A stretch of 10,310 nucleotides of DNA from PVC group bacterium (GTDB lineage Bacteria > GCA-001730085 > JADFSZ01): positions 1 to 10,310 of the forward strand of contig JADFSZ010000048.1 of assembly GCA_022560555.1 (NCBI GenBank), written 5' to 3'. Below, piece by piece: positions 1-6,707 of the stretch. The notes below the pieces were generated by a model that ran no database searches, was not told the origin of the DNA, and saw nothing but the letters and a program-made list of their open reading frames with translations. A program made the translations under genes and the position numbers. Position 1 is the first letter of the stretch, and the number at the start of each line of letters is the position of its first letter.

Positions 1-30
1 GACCTATTCTTCATCTCAATTGGTTCGGCT

Positions 31-969
31 ATGCGTATTATTTTTATGGGAACCCCAGAATTCGCGGTGGCATCCCTTGCTGCAATATTAGCAAAAGGTT
101 ACGATGTTGTTGGAGTAATTACCGCCCCTGACAAAATAGCTGGCCGGGGTCAGCAAATGCATACGTCGGAGGTTAAAAAGTTTGCTGAATCTAAAGGATT
201 AAACATTCTTCAACCTCCAAACCTAAAGGATCCTGATTTTATACAAAACCTTGCCGCATTAAATGCTGACCTACAGGTAGTGGTTGCGTTTCGCATGCTG
301 CCTGAATCCGTCTGGGGAATGCCTTCTAAAGGAACTATTAATATGAATGATTCACTTTTACCTGATTACAGGGGTGCAGCACCTATTAATTGGGTACTCA
401 TAAATGGAGAATCAATAACTGGAGTTACTACATTTTTTATCGATGAAAAAATAGATACCGGAGAAACGATCCTTAAAAAGAAAGTTGATATAGCGACTAA
501 TGATACCGCAGGGAGTCTTCATGACACTTTGGTGTTATTAGGCAGGGAGTTAGTATTAGAAACGATATTACTTATAGAACAGAATAAGGTAATCACATTT
601 AAACAACCCCAAGTTGTTGATTTAAAAGAAGCGCCCAAACTCAATTCAGAAAACACAAAAATTATTTGGAATCAATCTGTTCAGATCATTTATAATTTTA
701 TCAGAGGACTTAATCCATATCCAACGGCATGGAGCATACTTTATAATAATAAAGATAAAATTAAAGTAAAAATATATGATTGTACTATTGAAATAAATAA
801 GCATCCTCATCGATCTGGAACAATATTTACCACTAAAAAGGAATTAAAAATAGCTGCGACAAATGGTTATATATATATTAAGGTAATGCAACTTCCTGGA
901 AAACAAAAAATGGAAGTAAAATCATTATTAAATGGGTATTCTTTTAGTAAAGATGCAAAAATGTTGTAA
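31..969 (+). CDS. fmt: methionyl-tRNA formyltransferase (Fmt), 312 aa
   Basis: The N-terminus MRIIFMGTPEFAV, the SLLPxYRGAAPINW block, the IDTGE Asp motif and a C-terminal NFIRGLNPYPxAW domain are all typical of Fmt. The K/I/N-rich, AT-rich coding resembles low-GC Bacteroidota Fmt. The expected His of the N-x-H-x-SLLP motif is Asn here (see findings). Confidence 0.9.
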   Translation: MRIIFMGTPEFAVASLAAILAKGYDVVGVITAPDKIAGRGQQMHTSEVKKFAESKGLNILQPPNLKDPDFIQNLAALNADLQVVVAFRMLPESVWGMPSKGTINMNDSLLPDYRGAAPINWVLINGESITGVTTFFIDEKIDTGETILKKKVDIATNDTAGSLHDTLVLLGRELVLETILLIEQNKVITFKQPQVVDLKEAPKLNSENTKIIWNQSVQIIYNFIRGLNPYPTAWSILYNNKDKIKVKIYDCTIEINKHPHRSGTIFTTKKELKIAATNGYIYIKVMQLPGKQKMEVKSLLNGYSFSKDAKML

Positions 970-1071
970 AGCCTTACTATCACTGATTTCATAAAAAAGG
1001 TAAAAAAAAGAGTATGTTTATTAACAAACGCCACAAGTTATCAACAATAAACGTGATTTAGCGTGCTATTA

Positions 1072-1102
1072 CTTGCGTGAACCGATATTCCTGTTAAATT
1101 TG
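1072..1102 (+). promoter_or_regulatory. putative Bacteroidota-type promoter (-33 cTTG / -7 TAAATTTG)
   Basis: TTG at 1073-1075 is followed by a 19-nt spacer and TAAATTTG at 1095-1102, matching the Bacteroidetes TAnnTTTG -7 consensus. It lies about 50 nt upstream of ATG 1155, which has an A-rich leader and no SD. This is a motif match by eye only. Confidence 0.35.
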
Positions 1103-1154
1103 TAGACTAATAAAATGAAGTTTAACCAACATTTTTAATTTTTAAACACAAATT

Positions 1155-1385
1155 ATGAACAAATCAGATATAATCGATGGAATGGCAGCTGACGCTGGAG
1201 TCACAAAAGCTGCTGCAAAAAAAGCAAAGGAACAACACTATGCCGATTATGCGGATTTTACTGCCGGAGCCACCCAAGGAGCCGATGACGCATCTAAGTG
1301 GACATTTGGGGGCCTCCCCAACTCTATTGCTGGAAAAGTGGGGTATGCAGTGGGATGGGGCATTGGTGTTTTTAAGGGCCAATAA
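1155..1385 (+). CDS. hypothetical 76-aa protein: HU-like N-terminal 24 aa fused to a non-HU Gly/aromatic-rich tail
   Basis: Residues 1-24, MNKSDIIDGMAADAGVTKAAAKKA, match the conserved first helix of HU/IHF-family proteins. From residue 25 there is no HU similarity, and no beta-arm is found in any frame. GC rises sharply after about nt 1227 and three overlapping frames stay open, so the coding status of the tail is uncertain. Confidence 0.35.
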   Translation: MNKSDIIDGMAADAGVTKAAAKKAKEQHYADYADFTAGATQGADDASKWTFGGLPNSIAGKVGYAVGWGIGVFKGQ

Positions 1386-1485
1386 TATCGTTAAAATCCT
1401 TATTTACCGAGGAATGCTTCGTGCTATTAGGATTAAATTGAAAGGTCCCCGCCGTGGGTGAGGGTAAGAGGCCATTGCATTTGGA

Positions 1486-1527
1486 TAATCAAAGGGAATT
1501 AGATCTGTTATCTACCCAATTTGATTA
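1486..1527. repeat. imperfect 16-bp inverted repeat (hairpin) in a noncoding gap
   Basis: TAATCAAA (1486-1493) pairs with TTTGATTA (1520-1527). GGG (1494-1496) pairs with CCC (1515-1517). TAGAT (1500-1504) pairs with ATCTA (1510-1514), leaving loop CTGTT. No T-run follows on either strand. Confidence 0.55.
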
Positions 1528-1752
1528 GGTCTTCATTCTGGGCAGATTAGTAACGCTCTCATATTGGTCTTGAAATTAGCGGAGGGGGCGGGAAGTTATA
1601 TTTCTTAAAAAATAGGGCATTTCTATAACCTTGTATAGGCTAAGATTGAGCTTGCCCCGGTTCTTTGATTGCAGTTACGGCAACCAGATATTGCCGAGGA
1701 TAATTTTCCAACTCACTGTCGCCGATGTGCGCACTGAGAGAGGTTGCAGGTT

Positions 1753-2298
1753 ATGATCCCGGTGGAAGATCTTACCGAGGTCCAGAGGCAATTCCTTGAG
1801 GAGGAATATGGCCTCGACTTGGAAAAGCGTGTCTCGTCGGCACGCCAATACAATCGCCGCCAAATGAAATTCTGTTTGATATTTCCTCTTTTAGCAATTG
1901 CGCTATATTGGGAGGGAACCTCAGATGTTATGGCCTCTTCCTTCAAGCCGTTCGGGATCATCTCTTGGTGCGTCTTCGGCATTCTTTTTTTTGTCGAAGT
2001 TGCAGGGTGGACGCATTTCTGGATAGGCACCCGATCCGCCCCCCTGGTAAATACTTTATCCGATTCAAACCCTCATAGAAATACCTGGCGCACATTGCTG
2101 GTGCTCTACATCGGTATCAAGACACCCCTATACCTCGTTCCTTTATGGATTGTAGGTCCAGTGATGCTGATTCTTGCGGCCTGGGCAACGAACCGGCCAG
2201 TTCTTGCCTTGGCGTGGCTTGCTCTCGCGGCGATCTATTACTCGTTAAGGATATGGTCCAATCGAAAAGTATTTCATGCGCTTGAAGAAACAATATAA
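1753..2298 (+). CDS. hypothetical integral membrane protein (about 181 aa, about 4 TM helices)
   Basis: The ORF track opens at a TTG at 1744. ATG 1753 is preferred because GAGAGAGG lies about 9 nt upstream. A charged N-terminal segment (VEDLTEVQRQFLEEEYGLDLEKR) is followed by four hydrophobic stretches: FCLIFPLLAIALYW, FGIISWCVFGILFFVEVAGW, LYLVPLWIVGPVMLILAAW and PVLALAWLALAAIYYSL. I recognise no family. Confidence 0.6.
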   Translation: MIPVEDLTEVQRQFLEEEYGLDLEKRVSSARQYNRRQMKFCLIFPLLAIALYWEGTSDVMASSFKPFGIISWCVFGILFFVEVAGWTHFWIGTRSAPLVNTLSDSNPHRNTWRTLLVLYIGIKTPLYLVPLWIVGPVMLILAAWATNRPVLALAWLALAAIYYSLRIWSNRKVFHALEETI

Positions 2299-2423
2299 AC
2301 TATGGCAATGATTTTAGGGGGGACAGTATAAATGCGTCGACACAGAGGCCGATGCTAATTTAGTTCAGTGAATAAACGTCTCAAGGAAAGAAAGATTGAA
2401 ATGAAGGAGAAGTCCAAATAATT

Positions 2424-2780
2424 TGGAGGCGGCGGGTATCGAACCCGCGTCCCAAAGGTCCCGCCAAGTAGCATCTACATGCATAGTCTATAAATTAGGA
2501 TCTCGTTTTTTGACACTCCCATAGACAGGATTGTCAAAAAACCAGCCTGAAACGATCTCGCTATATTTCCTCAGGCAAGGGCCTATAGCCAGTCTGTGTT
2601 GCGACATCTTAATCCGCCCACAGACGAAACCTGATTAAGATGTAGCTACATGTTATTTATGCAGCTAGAGCCAACGCTTCATTATTGGCAATTATATGTT
2701 TCAGGTGTTTTAGGAGGCCTCCTGAAACCTCCGCACGCAGCTAAATAGCAAGTTTCCTAGGTCGAATCCAATTCGCCCCC
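2424..2780 (-). ncRNA. ssrA: tmRNA (SsrA), one-piece, about 357 nt, CCA not encoded
   Basis: The minus-strand 5' end is GGGGGCGAAUUGGAUUCGAC. The 3' end is GGACGCGGGUUCGAUACCCGCCGCCUCCA, giving a T-arm GCGGG/UUCGAUA/CCCGC. The acceptor stem GGGGGCG/CGCCUCC carries the G3:U70 alanine identity pair and a discriminator A. An internal tag reading frame is present. Confidence 0.92.
2657..2689 (-). other. tmRNA tag reading frame: ANNEALALAA plus UAA
   Basis: The minus strand reads ...AUAUAAUU GCC AAU AAU GAA GCG UUG GCU CUA GCU GCA UAA AUAA. The resume codon is GCC at 2689-2687 and the stop is at 2659-2657. The tag ends in the canonical ALAA degron. Confidence 0.85.
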
Positions 2781-4532
2781 ATGAAAGCTATTATATAAGA
2801 GAAGTTCGGGAACTTTCAAGCGTAAAAATTCAACCAGTATTTTCTGAATTTCCTTTCCGGTCGATATCTTTTGAACTTGACTCCAAAGTTTTTGACATTC
2901 CGTACGGGATATGGAGCGGGAAACTTTTTTGATTTCCGAAATAAACGCGGATGGTACGCTGAATTCTTCAAGCCCCATCCCGATGAGGAGGGGAATATAA
3001 ATCGGATCGCTTGCCATTTCACCGCACATGGCTACACGAATATTAGCATCTTTAGCGTCCCGGATAATTTTATCAATAAACCTTAGAACACCCGGATGCG
3101 CGGGATCGTAAAGATAGGCAATGTGTTCATTCACGCGATCTACCGCGAGTGCGTATTGAATGAGATCATTTGTGCCGATACTGAAGAAATCCACATGTGG
3201 AGCCAAAAGATCAGTAATGAGTGCCGCAGAAGGAACTTCGATCATGGCGCCGACGCCGATGTCCGTGTTGATTGTGTGCCCGTCCGCGATCAGTTCTTTT
3301 TTGACAACTTCCAGAACCAAATTGGCTTGGATGAGTTCCTCAAGGTTTGTGATCAAAGGATAAAGAATTTTAAGGTTGCCGTGCTCGTTCGCGCGCAATA
3401 TAGCCCGCAATTGAGTTTTAAAGATATCCTTTTTTTCAAGAGAAAAACGGATAGCCCGCCATCCCATAAAGGGGTTAAGTTCATTCGGAACATTCAGATG
3501 GGACAGAAATTTGTCTCCGCCGAGATCCATGGTTCGAACCACAACTTCGTGGGGGTACATCTTGTCGGCGACAATTTTATAGTTTTCATAATGCTCTTGT
3601 TCTGTCGGAAGATCGGTTCGGTTCATATAGAAAAATTCTGTCCGATAAAGCCCGATTCCTACAGCACCGTGGATCAAAGCGGAATCTGATTCGCTTGGAA
3701 GTTCAATATTGGCCATGAGTTTAAGCTTATGGTCATCGGTGGTGACGGCTGGCAGTGTTTGAAAGACCGACAGGTTCCGGGTGATTTCTTCGAATTTCTT
3801 GATTTCTTCCCGATAGTGCGCGATGAGTTTTTCATTGGGGTTAATCTCGATAATCCCGTGAATTCCGTCAAGAATGATCGTGTCCCCGTATTCCACACGT
3901 TGGGTAATGTCTTCAAGACCGACGATAGCCGGGATCTCAAGGGATCTGGCGATAATCGCTGTATGGCTGGTGCGGGAGCCGATGTCGGTTGCGAAGCCGA
4001 GAACAAAACTTTTATTAATAAACACGGTTTCTGACGGAGCCAGATCGTAGGCGATGACGATGCCCTTTTCTTCAATCGAAGAAAGCGTTTCATGGTGTTT
4101 ACCCAGGAGATTCCTGAGCACGCGTCTTCCGACATCCTGGATATCCGCGGCACGTTCCTTTAAGTACTCATCCTCAATGGATGAAAAGGCCTTAGCGAAT
4201 TTTTGAAGAGATTCATAAAAAACAAATTCCACACAACGCTTTTCTTTTTCTAAACGTCGTATAACTTCTTCGATCAGCATACGATCTTCTAAGACAAGCA
4301 AATGGGCATCAAAAATCTCGGCATGTTTGGTTCCCATTTTGTCCTCGATCCGTGTTTGCATCTCGATCATTTCTTTTCGTGTTTTGATCAAGGCGTCCTC
4401 AAAACGGGCGATTTCTTTGGGAAGATCCTCTTCCTTGATTTCATGTTTCGGGATCGTCAAGTCATCGCGGTCGAGAAGGAGTGCCCTTCCGATCACAATG
4501 CCCGGCGATGCGGCTATGCCTTTATGACTCAT
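2757..4532 (-). CDS. ptsI: phosphoenolpyruvate-protein phosphotransferase (PTS Enzyme I), 591 aa
   Basis: The N-terminus is MSHKGIAASPGIVIGRALLL. The active-site His is in GSRTSHTAIIARSLEIPAIVG. The PEP-binding TIM-barrel motifs MDLGGDK, FFSIGTNDLIQY and MCGEMA are present. There is no N-terminal GAF domain, so this is ptsI-type rather than ptsP-type. Confidence 0.93.
   Translation of the reverse strand: MSHKGIAASPGIVIGRALLLDRDDLTIPKHEIKEEDLPKEIARFEDALIKTRKEMIEMQTRIEDKMGTKHAEIFDAHLLVLEDRMLIEEVIRRLEKEKRCVEFVFYESLQKFAKAFSSIEDEYLKERAADIQDVGRRVLRNLLGKHHETLSSIEEKGIVIAYDLAPSETVFINKSFVLGFATDIGSRTSHTAIIARSLEIPAIVGLEDITQRVEYGDTIILDGIHGIIEINPNEKLIAHYREEIKKFEEITRNLSVFQTLPAVTTDDHKLKLMANIELPSESDSALIHGAVGIGLYRTEFFYMNRTDLPTEQEHYENYKIVADKMYPHEVVVRTMDLGGDKFLSHLNVPNELNPFMGWRAIRFSLEKKDIFKTQLRAILRANEHGNLKILYPLITNLEELIQANLVLEVVKKELIADGHTINTDIGVGAMIEVPSAALITDLLAPHVDFFSIGTNDLIQYALAVDRVNEHIAYLYDPAHPGVLRFIDKIIRDAKDANIRVAMCGEMASDPIYIPLLIGMGLEEFSVPSAFISEIKKVSRSISRTECQKLWSQVQKISTGKEIQKILVEFLRLKVPELLLYNSFHGGELDST
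2790..2819 (-). promoter_or_regulatory. putative sigma70 promoter of ssrA, embedded in the ptsI 3' codons
   Basis: The minus strand reads TTGAAA (2819-2814), an 18-nt spacer, then TATAAT (2795-2790). The mature tmRNA 5' G (2780) is the 10th nt after the -10 box, which fits a very short RNase P-processed leader. Confidence 0.5.
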
Positions 4533-4554
4533 ACATCCCTAACCTTTGTTTTTG

Positions 4555-4863
4555 TTAATCTTCGTGGAATTTGAGATCAAAGAGCTCTTTGATCTTTTTG
4601 ATTGCATTTTCGGAATCTTTACCGCATGCTTCGAAAATAAGTTTTGTGTTGTGAGCCGCGGCAAGCATCATGAGGCCCATAATGCTTTTGCCGTTGACTT
4701 TTTGGCCGTTATTTTCAACCGTGATTTCTGACGCAAATGTGTTTGTGAGCTGAACGAGCAATGCTGCCGGACGCGCGTGCAGCCCAAGACGATTTTTAAT
4801 CGTGAGAGTTTTCCGAACGATTTTTTGAGCCGCCATTTTGCTTTTATCCTGTTGAGAGGCCAT
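4555..4863 (-). CDS. ptsH: HPr-family phosphocarrier protein (HPr/NPr)
   Basis: It carries the GLHARPA His phosphorylation site and the KVNGKSIMG Ser site that is the HprK target. The start is ambiguous. ATG 4863 lies 4 nt after the rapZ stop. An alternative is ATG 4836 (MAAQKIV...), preceded by AGGA. The ORF-track GTG at 4890 overlaps rapZ and is less likely. Confidence 0.8.
   Translation of the reverse strand: MASQQDKSKMAAQKIVRKTLTIKNRLGLHARPAALLVQLTNTFASEITVENNGQKVNGKSIMGLMMLAAAHNTKLIFEACGKDSENAIKKIKELFDLKFHED
4574..4595. repeat. perfect 22-bp palindrome AGATCAAAGAGCTCTTTGATCT
   Basis: All 11 base pairs were checked by hand. It lies inside the last codons of ptsH (IKELFD), about 17 nt before its stop and about 40 nt before the ptsI start. 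On the + strand it is followed by TTTTTG. Confidence 0.9.
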
Positions 4864-4867
4864 AATG

Positions 4868-5743
4868 TTAACGGTGCCAACCGATATCACGGTGACTCAC
4901 CGTTACCTCCGTATATTTTTTCTTTAAAAGGATCCGGCAAAATTCGTTGGCAATAACAACGGATCTGTGTTTGCCTCCCGTGCATCCGAAAGAAATCGTT
5001 AGATAGGCACGGCCTTCTTTGATATAAGCCGGAATGAGAAATTCAATTAATTTCCAAGATTTATTCGTAAAATTTTTCGTCAAAGGAAATTCAAGAACGT
5101 ATTCCTCGACTTTTTTATCCATTCCCGTATAAGGTCTCAAATCTTCCACATAATGGGGATTGGGAAGAAACCGCACGTCAAACACAAGATCGCTGTCGGG
5201 GGGAATCCCGTAGCGATAACTGAACGAGTTGATGGTGATTTTCATTCGGGACTTTTTTTCAATAGGGCTGAAGGCCTGAAAGATACGATCCTTCAATTCA
5301 TGAACATTCAAGGGAGATGTGTCTATGACATGGTCAGCCGAGTTGAGAATTTTCCGGAGTTTTTGACGTTCGATCTGGATGCTGTCAAGAACAGTTCCGG
5401 AACCGGAAAGCGGGTGTTTGCGTCTCGTTTCACTGAATCGTCTTAAGAGAACGTCGTCCGAGGCTTCCAGGAACAAGATGCTGTAAGGAGTGCCGAGATT
5501 TTTTAATGTGTCTAATTCGTTGAAAAGGTCGTCAAAGAAGATCCCTTCGCGAATATCGATCACAAGGGCTACGCGTTTGATATTCGCATCTGTTTGCTGA
5601 CAGATCTCAGCGAATTTTGTAATGAGAAGCACGGGGAGGTTATCAATGCAGAAGTACCCCAGCTCCTCGAACGTTTTTAAAACGTGACTTTTACCGGCCC
5701 CCGAAATTCCTGTAATAATAACAAATTGGTGATCGCTTTTCAT
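4868..5743 (-). CDS. rapZ: RNase adapter protein RapZ (YhbJ family P-loop NTPase), 291 aa
   Basis: The N-terminus FVIITGISGAGKSHVLKTFEELGYFCIDNLP and the C-terminal GCTGGKHRSV motif identify it. Its start overlaps the hprK stop as ATGA at 5743-5740. Confidence 0.93.
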   Translation of the reverse strand: MKSDHQFVIITGISGAGKSHVLKTFEELGYFCIDNLPVLLITKFAEICQQTDANIKRVALVIDIREGIFFDDLFNELDTLKNLGTPYSILFLEASDDVLLRRFSETRRKHPLSGSGTVLDSIQIERQKLRKILNSADHVIDTSPLNVHELKDRIFQAFSPIEKKSRMKITINSFSYRYGIPPDSDLVFDVRFLPNPHYVEDLRPYTGMDKKVEEYVLEFPLTKNFTNKSWKLIEFLIPAYIKEGRAYLTISFGCTGGKHRSVVIANEFCRILLKKKYTEVTVSHRDIGWHR

Positions 5744-6705
5744 GACGAATGACTTTCCCTTGTGTTTGTTTTAGCCGTGCTGGCTAAGCGTTCCAGGAGA
5801 CTTTCTTCAAGTGATTTTGCTGAGTCGATTCCCATACGTCTCAATCTCTCATTGGAGCAGGCGACTTCAATTAAAATGGCAATGTTTCTTCCCGGGCGGA
5901 TAGGGACGAGGTAATGCGGTAGCCATTGATCCAAAATTTCATATGTTTTCAAGTCTAGCCCCAGGCGGTCATAATCTTTGTTTTTGACCCACTCTTCAAG
6001 AGTGACGATAATGCTCACGATTTTTTGATTGCGAATGGCGCCTATCCCGAATATTTTTTGAATATCAATAATGCCGAGACCGCGAATCTCCATATGATGA
6101 CGAATGATATCGGAACGGCGTCCGACGATCAATTTTCTCGCGGTTAATTTGAGATGAATAATGTCATCGCTCACAAGACGGTGTCCCCGCTTGATGAGTT
6201 CCAGGGCGCACTCACTTTTACCGATTCCGCTTTTTCCTAATATGAGGACACCTATGCCGTAAACATCCATAAGGGTTCCGGATATGGTGAGAGCAGGAGA
6301 AAATTGCTCTTCAAGGTAAAATGTGATTGTCGCGCTGATTTTACTTGTTGAAAGAGAACTTTGAAAAATGGGAATCTGCTTTGCCTTGGCAACTTCCTTA
6401 AGCTCGTTGGGGATGGATAGGCGCCGGGCAACCACAATACATGGGAAATTAAAGTCGCAAAACTTTTTTAAAAGGGTTTTGCGGGTTTTCCCAGACAAGC
6501 CCGCTAAATAGGAAATTTCGGCTTTGCCGAGAATTTGAATTCTTTTAGAGGCGAAATAGGCATAGTAACCTTTAAGGGCCAGCCCGGGACGGTTGACCTC
6601 GGCGACCTTAATTTTTCTTTCCAGATCGTTCGGAGGCCCGATCCTACGGAGCCTCAACTCTTCTTTTTGGTCCTCATAAAACTTGGTTATGGTAATAAAG
6701 GGCAT
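5740..6705 (-). CDS. hprK: HPr kinase/phosphorylase, 321 aa
   Basis: It contains GVLILGKSGIGKSECALELIKRGHRLVSDD (P-loop) and the HprK signature EIRGLGIIDI. The SD GAGGTGGA sits in the last codons of ptsN, and the start is 2 nt after the ptsN stop. Confidence 0.93.
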   Translation of the reverse strand: MPFITITKFYEDQKEELRLRRIGPPNDLERKIKVAEVNRPGLALKGYYAYFASKRIQILGKAEISYLAGLSGKTRKTLLKKFCDFNFPCIVVARRLSIPNELKEVAKAKQIPIFQSSLSTSKISATITFYLEEQFSPALTISGTLMDVYGIGVLILGKSGIGKSECALELIKRGHRLVSDDIIHLKLTARKLIVGRRSDIIRHHMEIRGLGIIDIQKIFGIGAIRNQKIVSIIVTLEEWVKNKDYDRLGLDLKTYEILDQWLPHYLVPIRPGRNIAILIEVACSNERLRRMGIDSAKSLEESLLERLASTAKTNTRESHSS

Positions 6706-6707
6706 GG

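Noticed and set aside
1441-1453. AAAGGTCCC(C)GCC occurs at 1441-1453 and inside the tmRNA at 2454-2465. A similar AAGGTCCCG...GAGGCC occurs at 8459-8476. These could be repeats or att cores.
   Set aside because: Repeats of about 12 nt are expected by chance several times among all position pairs in 10 kb. The order relative to the other tmRNA-like fragment (1581-1594) is inverted compared with ssrA. The sequence following 1441 does not continue as a tmRNA 3' end.
1164-1461. Two alternative ORFs overlap the 76-aa ORF: 1177-1461(+), 94 aa, and 1164-1382(-), 72 aa.
   Set aside because: They have no recognisable motifs. Their openness is explained by the locally GC-rich, stop-poor sequence. Only the 1155 frame has an HU-like N-terminus and an upstream promoter-like signal. 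None of the three is firmly coding in the tail region.
1675-2030. Minus-strand ORFs 1675-1863 and 1713-2030 lie opposite the membrane-protein gene.
   Set aside because: They are antisense to a longer ORF that has coherent TM-helix organisation and an SD. Their basic, low-complexity translations are typical of shadow frames.
2816-4574. Several ORFs of 61-197 aa lie inside or antisense to ptsI. They are 2816-3022(-), 2871-3086(+), 3096-3689(+), 3160-3363(+), 3674-4153(-), 3729-4034(+), 4302-4574(+) and 4327-4527(+).
   Set aside because: All overlap the strongly supported 591-aa Enzyme I frame. Their translations are low-complexity or Arg/Ser/Cys-rich with no motifs. They are shadow ORFs.
4864-4890. 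A GTG-initiated extension of ptsH (MISVGTVNI...) overlaps the rapZ 3' end.
   Set aside because: The extension is not HPr-like, and its GGAGG lies 15 nt from the GTG, which is too far. ATG 4863 or ATG 4836 give normal HPr lengths.
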